The notes beneath the pieces were generated by a model. The model searched no databases and was not told where the DNA came from. It was given only the letters and a program-made list of their open reading frames with translations. Made by a program: the position numbers and the translations under genes. A stretch of DNA of 64,000 nucleotides from Intoshia linei (lineage: Eukaryota; Animalia; Orthonectida), in contig LWCA01000019.1 in NCBI GenBank assembly GCA_001642005.1, positions 17,563-81,562 of the forward strand, written 5' to 3'. Below are positions 1-19,080 of the stretch, in pieces (the stretch's first letter is position 1; each line of letters begins with the position of its first letter).

Positions 1-1254
1 ACCATTTTGAGAAATTTTATATTCATTTTCAATTTTTTCTTTTTCTCGTAAGTATATATCATTTTTTAATTTTAATTGGCAAATTTCGTTATCTTTTTCG
101 ATAAATTTATTCATATTTACTTGTTTATCATTTATCATTTTTTCATTTTCCAATTTCAATTTTTCAGAGTAAAAATTTGCACATTTTGTTAAATTTTGAT
201 CCAATTTGATAGATAAGTTTGATATGCATGTTGAAAATGTTTTCATTTTTTTTTCAATTTCTTTTTCGCCCTTTTCAAATTCTTTCAATTTATTTGATTC
301 AAATAATTGTAATTTTGTCAATAGTTCCATTTTGTTTGAATTTAAATTACTTTTTAATTCGTTTTTATAGTTTTCCAATTTTTCTAAACATTTGGAAAAA
401 TTTTTATTCTTTAACTCTTTTGCTTCAATTTCAATCTTTTTTAATGCATTTTTTCCGTTTTCTATTTGATATTCTATGTTTTTCAATTCTTGTGATTTTT
501 TTAAATTTGTTTTTTCTTGGTTTACGTTTTTTTCATTGTACATTAACAGTAATTGTTTTTTACAATTTGTTACTTTGTTATCCATTTCTATTGTCATTTC
601 GTCTATTAATTGTTGGCGTGCTTTTTTTTCGTTTATTTTTATTACCTAAAGAAATGTAATAATTGGATATTTTATATCTAAATTGGGACTTTCAAATTGT
701 TTTTAACTGTAAATTTACACAGTAAATTATGTTTCAGTGTAATACAAAAAGTAGTTATAAATATGTTATTTTTGTTTTTAAGGGCATCAAAGTATTTTAC
801 ACAACTGTAAATTAGACTGAAATTTTTTGGATGAATAATTGATAGCTCCCTCGCGGCTTAAATTTTTCAGGCCATTAAAGGTCCAGTTATTTGATACAGT
901 CGAAATTTAAAGTCCCAGTTTAAATTTCATAATTTTAAATGATATAAATAAAAAAACTTGAAGATAATTATCATTTTCATCGTTTCGAGTGTTTAAGGCG
1001 TATATTACCTAATTAAAGTTTAAAGTTTAGTTTAAAGTAAAATTTAAAGTTAAATTTACTTTGGTTAATTGGGCAATTTTTTTTGACATTTTATAATGCA
1101 TGTCTTTGTCAATTTGGATTGTTGAATTTTTGTTATTTTCACAAAATTTTGGATTTTCAATGTTTGTGGCATCTTTATGATAATTTGGTGTTTTTTTGTA
1201 CTTAATATTTTCATTTTCTTTATTTACAGAGTAAAAAAATGTTTCATTATCCAT
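1..1254 (-). CDS. FAM184: FAM184A/B-like coiled-coil protein, 5' part (continues beyond window start)
   Basis: Exon 1254-1060 ends MHYKMSKKIAQLTK. A 51-nt GT-AG intron follows, then exon 1008-958 (VIYALNTRNDENDNYLQ). Together they give the FAM184 signature KMSKKIAQLTKVIYALNT. A third exon starts at 645 (VIKINEKKARQQLIDEMTIEMDNK...), is K/E/N-rich coiled coil, and continues toward the window edge. Confidence 0.85.
677..924. repeat. MITE-like element with terminal inverted repeats in FAM184 intron
   Basis: aaattgggactttcaaatt (~680) is an imperfect inverted match to aatttaaagtcccagttt (~904-921). Confidence 0.45.
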
Positions 1255-2264
1255 TTAAGCAATTTATATAAATTAATGTAATATTTTTATTAAGTTGTTA
1301 AGTATATCACAACAATATTCATTTTTGTAATAATATTGTAATTGAAAATTCCGTATATTTACTAATAAATATAAATACTAACTGTAAATTATTTTCATTA
1401 TTTAGAACAAAATTTCGTAATTCACTTTTTGTTTCGTGTTGTATGATAATGATATTTATATTCATGAATATTGCATTAAATGTTATTTTGCTTTGTGTCA
1501 TTTAAATCAATTTTATTTACTTTTTTAAGTTGTTTACTTTCTTTGTCTGTGATTAATTATTTTTAATACTGTCAAATGTAATTTCACTGTTTGGCAGAAT
1601 ACGTTTTATTTTATCCAATTGGTTATATTTATAGATAAAGTTTCCAATTTTCAATTAATTTAAGGATCAAACCAATACAAAATCATGAGAAACTTTGCAT
1701 ATTTTTAAAAAAACAAATAATTTGGGATTGTGGATGTGAAAAAGACTATTTCTAAGTTTGAAATGTAAGTAATGGAAAAAATTGACCTGTAATTTTTGTT
1801 TATAAATATTTGGGATTGTTCATTTTCTAAAAATTTTAGATTTTAATTAAAGAGGTAAGCTGGCGTAATATAGTTTTCCTAGTAAAAATTCATTTTTTTA
1901 AAGTTGCCATTTATGATAATGCTGATTATTTTCAAAAAAATCTCAGAATTTAAAATTTATCAAAATTTATCAAATTTTATTACTTTTTTAATTTTTAAAA
2001 TAAAGGGTAATTTGGGTTTTTGAACGTGAAAATGTAACGTTTTTGTCTAGATTAAGTGTAACAAACTGTACAGGACCAATTTTTTTTAAATTCTAGTAAC
2101 TGTGTTTTTTTTGAGAAATTTTATAATAGTTCATTTATAGTATAATGCTTTTAGTGCTTCTCAAAGGGGTACACACAATATAACAGAGTCCACGGCTAAA
2201 AAAATGTATTATTTCAGAAATTAATTTAATATTATTAAAAAAAAAACACCACTAAATCTAACTC

Positions 2265-2440
2265 CAAAATAGAAAATCCAAATTTACAACAATCCGCTTT
2301 TACCAAACCTAACAAGAAAAAATCACTTAATCTAACCCTAAGAGAAAAATTCAATTTTACCAACCGTTAAGGGAAAAATCCCCTTTTTCCTATATTTTTT
2401 TATAAAATCAAATTTTATCAAATCTAAGGGGAAAACCATA
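2265..2440. repeat. Dispersed repeat built of ~25-30 nt units (tttaccaaccNtaagggaaaaatc)
   Basis: Degenerate tandem units here and at ~5330-5460, ~43240-43310 and ~46310-46400. The last copy is arranged as an inverted pair. Confidence 0.6.
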
Positions 2441-2450
2441 ACACTTAATC

Positions 2451-2629
2451 TTAATCCTTTCACTGTCTGTGTATTCTATATTATAGTATAGATTCTATAC
2501 TATCCACAGCATAATTTTGAAAAATTTTATTCTTTTATTTTGATACATTTTCACATAAAAATTTGTAAGTAATTTAAAATTTATACAAGTTTAAGTTAAA
2601 ACATAAATTCCAGACAGTGAAAGGGTTAA
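2451..2629. mobile_element. piggyBac-type MITE (TTAA TSD)
   Basis: TTAA-tcctttcactgtctg ... cagacagtgaaaggg-TTAA. Near-identical copies lie at 12712-12932 and 42020-42169. Confidence 0.85.
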
Positions 2630-2747
2630 ACACTTAATATAAACCCAAAAGCCCCAAAATAGAATTAAGGTGAAACCAAACTTGTAGAATCTTTAAATAT
2701 TTTTAAATAATATTTGAATAATAAAAATAATCAATGTTTATTTAACA

Positions 2748-3140
2748 TCTTTACTTATATAATATGCTTTGCAATATTTGTTTGTGTGTGTGTTACCGTT
2801 TATTTCAATAACTATCAGTCTTAAAATTTTATAAAGTTCCCATTTTAATTACAGTTTTTTTGGGGGGTGCTAGCAAAATATATTTAAACCTCCCAAACTC
2901 ACATCGTACGCGTCAAAAAGCCTAATTGTCTTTTTTTTGAATATCAAACGAGTTCGAGAACTTAAAAAAATATATACTCTCATACGGATTTCAAAATTAT
3001 AAATTTAAATTCACAAAAAAAAATATATATTCAGGTCCAAAACCACAAATTACCCTTTTTTTTAATGAAAATAGCCCATGAATTTAAAAACATTTACAGT
3101 TGGTACAGTTGTATCCTGTTAACACACACAAAAAATGTGA
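2748..3140 (+). mobile_element. Non-autonomous Helitron, 5' part
   Basis: A|TCtttacttatataatatgc 5' end with (TG)n tract. Colinear with the full copy at 24032-24521. Confidence 0.75.
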
Positions 3141-3719
3141 AATAATTACAGGTGTGAAAATTAAAAATGTAAAACTAGGAAATTCTAGAACTATTTTCAT
3201 TTTTCAAAAAAAAGGTAACCTGAAGTTTTTAACGTGAAAATGCACTTTATTGAGGTTTCCATTCATGATAATGATTTTATTAAATATTATAGAATTTATG
3301 ATTTGAAAATTTTTAAAATTTAGAGTTCAGTTAAAATTACTAAAGATTTTATTTTTAAAAAAAGGTCAAATTGGGTTGCTGAAGGACTCAATGTTCGAAA
3401 ATAAAATTTAGATATAAACATAACCTTCGAAAAGCTGCATAGATATTGATTTTTTTAATTCTACGAGTGTTAATTTTTTCAATAAACTGTAACACCCACA
3501 CAGACATTCAATTTTATTTATATGTATGACATACACTAACGAATGGTACTATGATGCTTAGAATTTTATTCCTCATCTTGTAGTACTCTGGATCTTTTGT
3601 TAAAAAAAAAATTAACACATTAACCATTAGTCTGTTTACACATGTAAATATTGAGATGATCTTATATTTATTATTAAGAATATTGACATTAAGTAACATT
3701 ACTTTTTGTTTCTAATATA

Positions 3720-10316
<6,597 letters not shown>

Positions 10317-10544
10317 ACCAGAATGATTATAATTATTATTATATTATTCGAATTGTTTATACACAATAAACAATAACGTCTTTTTTATTTTGTATTCATT
10401 ATTTTGAATGGTTCAATTTCAAAGAAAAATCACTTTTAGTCAAAATACATGCGATATCTGTTTGAAAATATAAACATACACGCATAATATTAACATTATT
10501 GATTATATTTTTATTTTAAATATTATTAATCTATTGATTTAATT

Positions 10545-10846
10545 AAGGGGTCAGCAACCTTTTGCGTTTCGTGGCCCATTTTTTTATATCAAAAAATTCT
10601 ACGTGATCCGTTTTTGAAAATTTACACATGATACATTTCAATTTTAACTGAAGAGAAACAGTTATAGTATATTCAGCAAAATAATATCCAGGGCGATTTA
10701 AAAAATAATAATTAAAATGATTAAAATCAGCCAATTATAGTAGCAAATGTTTAAAACGGTGTTTAAAAGTTGAAAAATAAAAAATTTACATATTTACTGA
10801 AAGGGTCACCAAAATTATTCGGTGGGCCACTGGTTGCCGCCTCCTG
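10545..10846. mobile_element. hAT-type MITE
   Basis: aaggggtcagcaacc ... ggttgccgcctcctg. Flanks atttaatt / atctaact. Confidence 0.6.
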
Positions 10847-11859
10847 ATCTAACTATTAATCTATTAATTAATCTTTACATTCATTTCTTTCGAAACAATA
10901 CTCTAAAAAACAAATGTTATCAATTTTAAAATGTATCCAATTTAAAACCGAATATAAAAACATTTCTGCGAATTATGGAGATCAAAGTTTCAATCAATCA
11001 ATAATACTTTGATTTAATTTAAATTTAAAAAATTTAGGCCTCGAAAAGTTATTCATGCAATTTTAAAATGTGTTGAGTACATGTTATTGTTTATACATGA
11101 TCAACATCATTTTTTTGTTTATCGTTAGAGGCGTTAGCCTAAAAATGATTGAGTATTCCAGAGTTAAAACTAAAAGTATATTAATTAGAACAGGGTTTCC
11201 AATAATTTTTGTTACGGCGAACCGGTAATAAATTATAAAATTTATCGCGGACCATTAAAGTGAAATTACTACAAAAAATTAAAAAAAATTTATAAATACA
11301 ATATGTAACTTCATAAATTGACTTCTAGTTGGTAAAAATTTTTACAAAATTATAGCGTGGACTGGCATTTTGGAAACGTTCAATTAAAACAATTTAGACA
11401 TTTGTAACCGTTAAAGTTGAAAAAAGTGAAATTATATCAAATATTATAATATTTATTGATTATAATGATTTATTATTGATGATTATCAATAAATAATGAA
11501 TATTTCGTTAAATTTAATTTATTAAGTGACAAAATAAAAATTTACATTCCAGTATTTTCAACATGTAACAGATAAAATTTATTGAAAAATTTTAATTTAA
11601 TGTGATTAATTGATATTTTAACATTATCCGTAATTATTATACATTTTAAATCACATAACTTTGTATTTTATTCATAGATTTGATCTTATTGAATTATCCG
11701 GGTTCACTATAACAATTTGATTAAATGTTAAATATTTATATTTACGAATGAAAAAATTAATTCACAATTTGTTATACCTAACAATATCCTAGAAAAATTT
11801 AATATACAATAATTTAAAAATGTCATTGTTTATATTTGTTTAGAAACAAATTTATAAAA

Positions 11860-14800
11860 ATGGTAAATTAAATTTAACGATAAAAGTAAAAATTTATTTA
11901 GAGTAGTTTATTGGGCGTAAATCGAAATATAAATTCACGACAATCTTCCAGGACCAAAAAACACTATAGAACAGTATGTAAAGAATCTTTTGTAGACGAG
12001 GATTTATTTGGTGACAGAAAATGCAGGAAAAATGATAAAAGAAAAAAGGAACCGGATACGATTCAATTGATCTCAAAAGACTTGATTAGGACTATTCGGT
12101 TTTATATGTCATGGACACTTTTAATTTTATTATTTAGAATTAGAAATCGTGATCCAATGGAACATTCCACAGTCTTACCATTGTCGAAAATTGAAAGTGC
12201 AAAATTTCTGTCAGATACTCTCAATGAAGAATTGTTTCAAGATAAAATATCTGCTGCATCAACTAAGGCTAAATTGGAGGTTTATATTTTTAATCAATAT
12301 CATTATAAAATTTAATTTACAATATATTAATACAATAAGTTTGGCATATTATATGATACTAAGTTGAAATTTGTTTCAGGTGGAACCATCATGTCACATT
12401 ACTTTTTACTTTAAAGTGAATTATTCCATCTTAATTTTTTGTTTGTTAACATTTGTGTAAAAGAATTTTAAAAACAATTTTTTATCCCATTTTTTTAATT
12501 TATTAGACGAATGTGTGTATAATATTAAAAATAAAGTATAAACAATCCAATCCTAAAAATTGTCATAAATAGCATAAATAATAAAATTATAAAAACCCAT
12601 TTTATCATTTTCAATGTGATAATATACATTCAGTACCAATTTAATAAATAATTAACGGAATCAGCACTTTATAAACATTTCAGGTGAATTTTACCAATAT
12701 TGCAAATGATTTTAACCCTTTCACTGTCTGTGTATTCTATATTCTACACAGAAATTTCACTTCACACGTCTGTGTATTCTATGATATACACAGCATAATT
12801 TTGAAAACTTTATTCTTTTATTTTCATACATTTTCATATAGGTAATAAAAATAATACAAGTTTAAATTAAAACATAAATTCCAGACGTGTGGTAATAGTA
12901 CATAAAATTACATCAGACAATGCTAGGGTTAATAAATATAAAAATAATAATAACAAAGTTTTATTTTTTTTCGTTTTGTCGTTGTAGTTTAAATTTGAAT
13001 TTGAGATTGAAAAATTGCGTAGCAATGAAAAAAGTTCCGAAGGAATGAATTATATAGATTTTCACCCATATTTCTTTATTGGAAATGTGTAAACGTTCAA
13101 TGCACATTTTTTTTAAATTTTCGGACCGTTAATTATTTCACATTTTTTGTTGTAATAAAATATTTTGGAAAAAAAATATATGAATACTAAAATGCTTGTT
13201 TGACCATGAAGTCGTCACTTATTCGGATTGAAATTTTCGGTGTGTGTTAAAAGGATACAACTGTACCACATGTAAATTTTTTGAAATTCTAGGGCTGTTT
13301 TCATTAAAAAAAGAAGGGTAATTTGGGGTTTTGGCTCCTGAAGATATTTTTTTTAAATTTAAATTCATGGTAATGTTTATAATTTTAAAATCCGTATTAG
13401 TGTATATATTTTTTTAAATTCAGTAACTTGTTTAATTTTCAAAAAAAAGACAATTGAGGTTTTTGACCCGTAAGATGTGAGTTTGGGAAGTTGAAATTTA
13501 TCTTATTATCAAACCCGGAAAAAACTGTATTAGAAATGTGGACTTTATAAAATGCTAAAACTTGTAGATATTGAAATAAACGATAACACACACAGATAAA
13601 CAAAGCATATTATACTTATGTATAAGTAAGGATTGGTAACAACCCTGGTGTGACTTGAGTGAGGGGTGTATAGACATTCATCCATTTATATATGCATTTT
13701 ATGATTTGAAAAATATTTAGTTATTGAATTTAAATTTAAATTTAAACTTAAAACTTCATGGACCCCATAAAAAATTTCCTAATTTCTGAAATCATTAAAT
13801 GAATTAATGATTTGATAATTAATAATTGAAAAAGGCGAAGAGGTCAATTTCTGAGATAAATTTTTTTGGATTTTACTTAAAAAAATAACTAAACCTTCGA
13901 TATTCCATTTATAAAATTATAGGACTTTTTGGTTTGATGTTTAATTTAATTTTCAAAGTAAACAGTGTTCACCAAACCCTTTGAAAATTGAAAATTAAAA
14001 ATAATAGAATGCCTTTGAAAGTGTTAATTTTGCCATATTTAGGAAGAATCCAATAAACGAAAGATCAAACTCAAATCAATAGATTTCAACCGTGGAAGAA
14101 TGAAAAAATCTGACAGTAAAGATATTACGTCGATTGAAAAGCAAGAAATTTTAGACCGTGCCAATGATAAAATAACTGAAAGAGAAGACGAGATAAAAGA
14201 ACTAAATTCAGTAAAAAATAAATATATAATTCTTTTTTTATTTTATATTGTATTAATTTTAGTTGATAATTAATGTAAAATGCAATTATATACGCGATAA
14301 GCAAATCAAGGAAAAACAAATAATTGAGAAGCATTTAAAAAATGAAGACAAAAGACTTGATGCTATCGTAGAACAAGATAGAAAACTTAGTTTAGGTATA
14401 CAATCTGAAATTGATAAAAAAAGAAAAACAGTCAGCATAAATGGAGCTGTAGAGCTCTTGGAACAAATCAAAAACAATCAAAAAGTTTATATCGTTTTTT
14501 ACAATTTGATTTTATATTAGCGCAATTTATTGGAAGTTGAAATGAAAGAACAAGAAAATGTGAAACTACAAGAGATGCTTGATAAATTATGTGAAGAAGA
14601 AATTGAGAAAAATAAAATAAAAGTCGAAAAACAAGTTAAATTACGAGTAATTTATATTCATTCATATTCTATAATAAAAATTTACAAATGTATGAAATAT
14701 ATCAGATAAGTCATTTCACGAGAATTCTCCATTTGGAAATTTTAAAAATATTATAACTACATATGTATTTTAAACATAGGAAGAATTGAACAAAGCAAAT

Positions 14801-15759
14801 GAAAAAATAATAATACGTAAAGCGGTGGATGCTGAACAAGAAAAACAGTTAGAAAAGAATGTATTGAAATACCAAAAAGAGAAAGCGGTAATTTATACTC
14901 AACTTACTTATCCATACCACTTTGTGTAAAACTATGGACACATTATGAAATAAATCTTAGGAAAGAGAAGGCGAATTTGAAGCTGAACAAGAAAGAAAAA
15001 AAATTGAAAAAGAAAAAGAAGTATCTAGATTAAGAGCTCTACAAGAAAGAATGAAAGATGAACACGCTGAAAGAGATTTATTGAGAGCTAAACGTGCACA
15101 GGAATTGGGTATTGCTAAATTGATATAAATATAAACTAACTCACCCGATTTAATAACATCAATCTTTAAACTTTAACGTACATTTACATTTATTTTAAAT
15201 ATAGCTGAAAGAAAATGGAGAGAAGCTGAAATAATAGCTGAGAAAAAAATGAAGGAAACTGAAAAAATATTACACATATCTCGAGAAAAACAATTGACGG
15301 CAAAACGACACATTCAAGCAGTGGAAGCTCAAAGAGAGCGTGCTGATTTTGAAAGAATTATTCAGTAATAATAATAATTTCAATAATACATTAATTTATA
15401 TACTTTTCCGTAGAGTACAACAATCTATTATTCAAAAAGAAAAATTAGTTAAAGAAGAGCGCAGAAAGAGGGCTGTAAAATATAGTCAAAGTTTACGTGA
15501 CCAAATACGAGATAAGCATAATGAAGTTTTAAAAGAACGCAACAACTTTTTCAAAGAGGGTGATATCATTTCTAAAAATATTGATAGTAAAAATAAAAAA
15601 CTTCAAGCTGTAAAATTGAAAAAATTGCAAGATCTCAGGTATAAATTTAGACTAACATTTAAATCATAAAATCAATTTAGAAAAGCTAATATTGATGAAA
15701 AATATTTGACTGAAATTGTTCGCAAGATAAATAAAGTCAAAAATGGAAAAACAAAGTGA
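11860..15759 (+). CDS. CFAP45: Cilia- and flagella-associated protein 45 (CCDC19), ~11 exons
   Basis: An ATG-only first exon (11860-11862) splices to 11902. Motifs: YRTVCKESFVDEDLFG, PDTIQLISKDLIR, IINVKCNYIRDKQIKEK, EKEKEVSRLRALQER, AERDLLRAKRAQE. Ends ...GKTK-TGA at 15759. Confidence 0.9.
12365..13632 (-). mobile_element. Long Helitron-family copy with nested piggyBac MITE (CFAP45 intron)
   Basis: Colinear with 62754-64000. Ends ...tataagtaagGA|T, which is the Helitron 5' TC on the minus strand. Confidence 0.75.
12712..12932. mobile_element. piggyBac-type MITE, longer variant
   Basis: TTAA-ccctttcactgtctg ... cagacaatgctaggg-TTAA. Internal inverted pair cacacgtctg / cagacgtgtg. Confidence 0.8.
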
Positions 15760-16118
15760 ATTGTATAATTAAATATTTTAAAATTTTTGGGTTGGAATTT
15801 TTTGAGACCTTTTGGGTCAATTAATAAGATAAATCATCTATAAATGCAACATGATCTCTAAAATGCTCTTTGTGTTTAAAATGTTTAATATGTATTATAA
15901 ATTTTGGTAAACTATAAAACTATTTCAAAAGATTTACTGGGAAGTAGCGCATATGACGAAATGAGAACAATGCGGAAATTCAATGCCTCCACGCCAAGCT
16001 AAGACTAATAATTGTTTGTTTTTAATTTTTTCTACTTCATTATACAGTAGACGCTTGAAAAGTGATTATTTTTTAGATTCTATCTTACATTTATTTAATA
16101 TGTATACATGTATGTATA

Positions 16119-16180
16119 CTAGATTGACTGTTATGTACTACTTACAAACAGCACCTAGCTCTGCTGAGGGTACATTTTTA
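16119..16180 (-). mobile_element. Solo Helitron 3' terminus
   Basis: A|CTAGattgactgttatgtactacttacaaacagcacctagctctgctgaggg matches the family 3' hairpin plus CTAG. Confidence 0.7.
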
Positions 16181-16354
16181 TTATACCATAGTTAAAGAGA
16201 CTATTAACTATAATGCCGTTGAGCATTAAATCGGAACTTACATTTTCCAAATTATTAAAATTTCCAAGTTCAAAAAGGATGAAATTAAAAATGAACGAGA
16301 TCGACCAAGTAAATTAATTGAAACTAAATTAATATCAAAGAGTAAACAATTTAA

Positions 16355-17802
16355 TTATAAATCACATACATCTGAAATATTGCATATTCCATACTTTACA
16401 GCAAAGTGATTCTTAATTGTTATGAATCGATCATCATTCAAATTTGGCCATTTTATACTTTTTTGATTTATTAACAACTTCAAGCGATATGTATCCTTAT
16501 AATACAAAAAAATTATCACATTTGAATTAAAAGGCAAAAATTCAGAAATATTAAATTTTCTATCATTTTTCAAAATATTCCAATTTTCAGCAGTAATCTC
16601 ATTATCCCCGTCAAAATACCCTAAAAATGTTAAAAAAGGTATCAATGTACTCTCGTTTGTTGAACGCACTGTCAGCAATGAATGACTAAATTTCAATAAA
16701 CATAGTTAAGTGAATTTAAATATAAATAATTACGATCTTCCTTGTTTATGCATTTTAATAACTTGTTCCATTCTTTTAAAATAGTCACTTAAAAGAAGAC
16801 AACAACTTTCATAATTTATTTTATAGGCATTACCAAACAGCCAAAACCGCTATATTTCAAATTTAAAAAATACATGCATAATAAAACGAAAAGACTTCTA
16901 TTTCAAAGTAATATGACAATTTGTTTAAATCTTCTTTAAATAAAAATTTAGATAACATTAAAGAACCATATTCTGCAATTTCTGTTCCTGCTACTCCAAA
17001 TATGGCCATAATTTCTTATACAATAACATTTATAATATATCCAACTACTAATTAGTAATTACTAATAACCATTAAAAATTTGAAAATAACTGGGTAGACC
17101 CACAGATTGAATAATTTTTTTTTAATAAAATCAAAATGACTTCTAGCAAATAATTTTTCTTCAATTGACGCGCATTTCTTGTTCAGTACAAATTTTTGAT
17201 ATTTAAAACAATTCTTGGTAGATCGCAATATATCGTCTCGATCAGTAAACGTGTAATTGTGTTGGCCGATAAATGCACTATAATATTCTTCACCTGTGTC
17301 AATGCACCTTTGCTTAGATGTTGTCATAAATTCGATTTGACCTATAGGTAAAATAGTTTGCATTTATTTATAAAGTTTACCTGTTATATTTTGATAATTT
17401 GGAAATTGCTTTAAATGGTCAATTTTATTAAATATCGATGGAAATTATTTTTTTATTGATTTCGCAATTTTTATACTCAATTTTCTACGACAGTTTGTCA
17501 ATTGTTCGGGTTTAGAGAATAATTCCAAAAGTTTATGGTCATTTATTGCCACGTACTGTTTTAATTTTTCCAACAAATGATGTGTAGTATTTATTGTACG
17601 CGCAGTTGGTTCTCGAATACCATGCCTTTAAAGAATGTCAATGTAGAGTACGTCCTTTTCATTAATATCTGGCTTAATTTCTTTTATTAATGAGTATCGA
17701 GATTTTGCACCGTATTTTCCGATTGGGAATACATTTTTTTCTAAATTTAATAAAAATAACAAAAGTAAACTAACAAAGCTAACAAAATCAAGGGTCTGTC
17801 AT
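16355..17802 (-). pseudogene. MINPP1: MINPP1-like histidine acid phosphatase, disrupted
   Basis: Motifs RHGIREPT, TTSKQRCIDT, DDILR..NC, FWLFGNAYKINYESC and STLIPFLTFLGYF. In-frame TAA at 17628-17630 and 17445-17447. Frameshift in a 9-A run at 17115-17123. The 5' end cannot be joined in frame, so that boundary is uncertain. Confidence 0.8.
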
Positions 17803-18789
17803 TTTTTATTATCGGACTAAACAAATGTAATACAATAAATAAATAAATGTACGGTTTTTTCAATTTTTAGCTCTTTTTGTCTAAAACAGGAATGTTAGAC
17901 ACAATCTTCTTGGCGTGCCAAATGTAAAAAAAATATTATTACGCAGGCCGAACAAAAAATATATTTTTACTTAAACCATTAATATCCAAGCCTCTTTATA
18001 ATTGACCTAATCCAATGATTTTTAAAATTTGTGACTGAAATGCCAATATAAACTATGCTAAATTTTATGTGTTAAAAAATTATAAGTGGTAAACAGAGAA
18101 TAACTACATGTGTACTACACATTGTGTCATTGGGCATTGAACGGCAAATAAGTTGTAAAAAAATACTTATAAAGTTAAGATTCCGTTAATTATTGATACA
18201 TAATTGGTATTTTTAAGTATTATAAATGGGTTAATTAAATTAAATTGGTACTGAATATACAGTCAGCTTCAAAATTATGTCAACATAAATTAATTTTAAA
18301 TTCATTTAAATGAACATAATTTTTATATACATTGCTAATTATTTCATACTGTATCACTAGTCAATAAAAATGGACTTTCAAAAATCTTTCTATTTCATAT
18401 CATTATACATATATGTAGTTTTTTCTTGCCATCATTATGTATATTATTTTTTTATTAGTATACATCAGGTACCCGAGATACGGGGTAGCAAAAATAAGGT
18501 AATATAATGAATAAATGGATATATTAACTTTGTTTTTTTAGTGTTTATCTAGCTTGTAGAGCTATATAAAAACCAAATGTTTTGTCAAACCTTTATCCAT
18601 TCTCGTCCGAGAAAGCACCGCAATTTCGTACAAATAAATTAGCATATGAATCATCATCAAATCATATTTATATAAACACTTTGATTCATCTTTACTCATT
18701 TTATAATCAGTGTCTTGAATTCAATGAATATTATTCATATATAAAAATATTTCCATTCATTTTCACCTTTTTAAGTGAAATTTTAGATG

Positions 18790-19080
18790 AAAACGTACCA
18801 GGATAATTGCCCAGTTTAAATTTTTTTATTCAATAACTTCGCTTGACAAAAATAGCATTCTTCTGGGTGATACTTTGGTGTAGTCCAAATGCGTGGTATT
18901 TCAAACATAAATTTTTCTTTTCTCAATGTCGCACAGCCACATAAATTTAGGCGTCCAAATGTGATCCGTTACATCAATTGAAAAATCACATTTGTAGAAG
19001 AATTTGAAATTTTCATTTATTGCATATGATTTTTTGATTTAATTAAATAAATGCCACAAACCATGCAGTAGTTTGACAGA
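18790..19080 (-). pseudogene. Decayed Cys-rich transposon protein fragment
   Basis: NYCMVCG...DHIWTPKF...MFEIPRIWTTPKYHPEECYFC resembles the FCYICG..WAPH..MPF.VP.IW.EP..H..DCYFC domain of invertebrate DNA transposons. Stops and frameshifts are present. Confidence 0.6.

Noticed and set aside
219-659. 146-aa Phe/Leu-rich ORF on +
   Set aside because: It is the antisense shadow of the K/E/N-rich FAM184 exon.
2265-2440. Spaced short repeats resembling a CRISPR array
   Set aside because: The units are degenerate and lack unique spacers. There are no cas genes, the context is eukaryotic, and the repeat recurs as a dispersed family.
17445-17630. Alternative genetic code (TAA as sense) suggested by in-frame TAAs in MINPP1 and the SLC7 copy
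   Set aside because: Both genes also have frameshifts. TAA is the true terminator of Rab5, TRPM2, PSMA4, SRSF, POLD1 and SLC7, and I saw no internal TAA in the exons I translated.
18465-18490. Hairpin ggtacccgagatacggggtagc as a terminator or second Helitron end
   Set aside because: Single occurrence, with no matching 5' end or convincing RepHel coding remnant.
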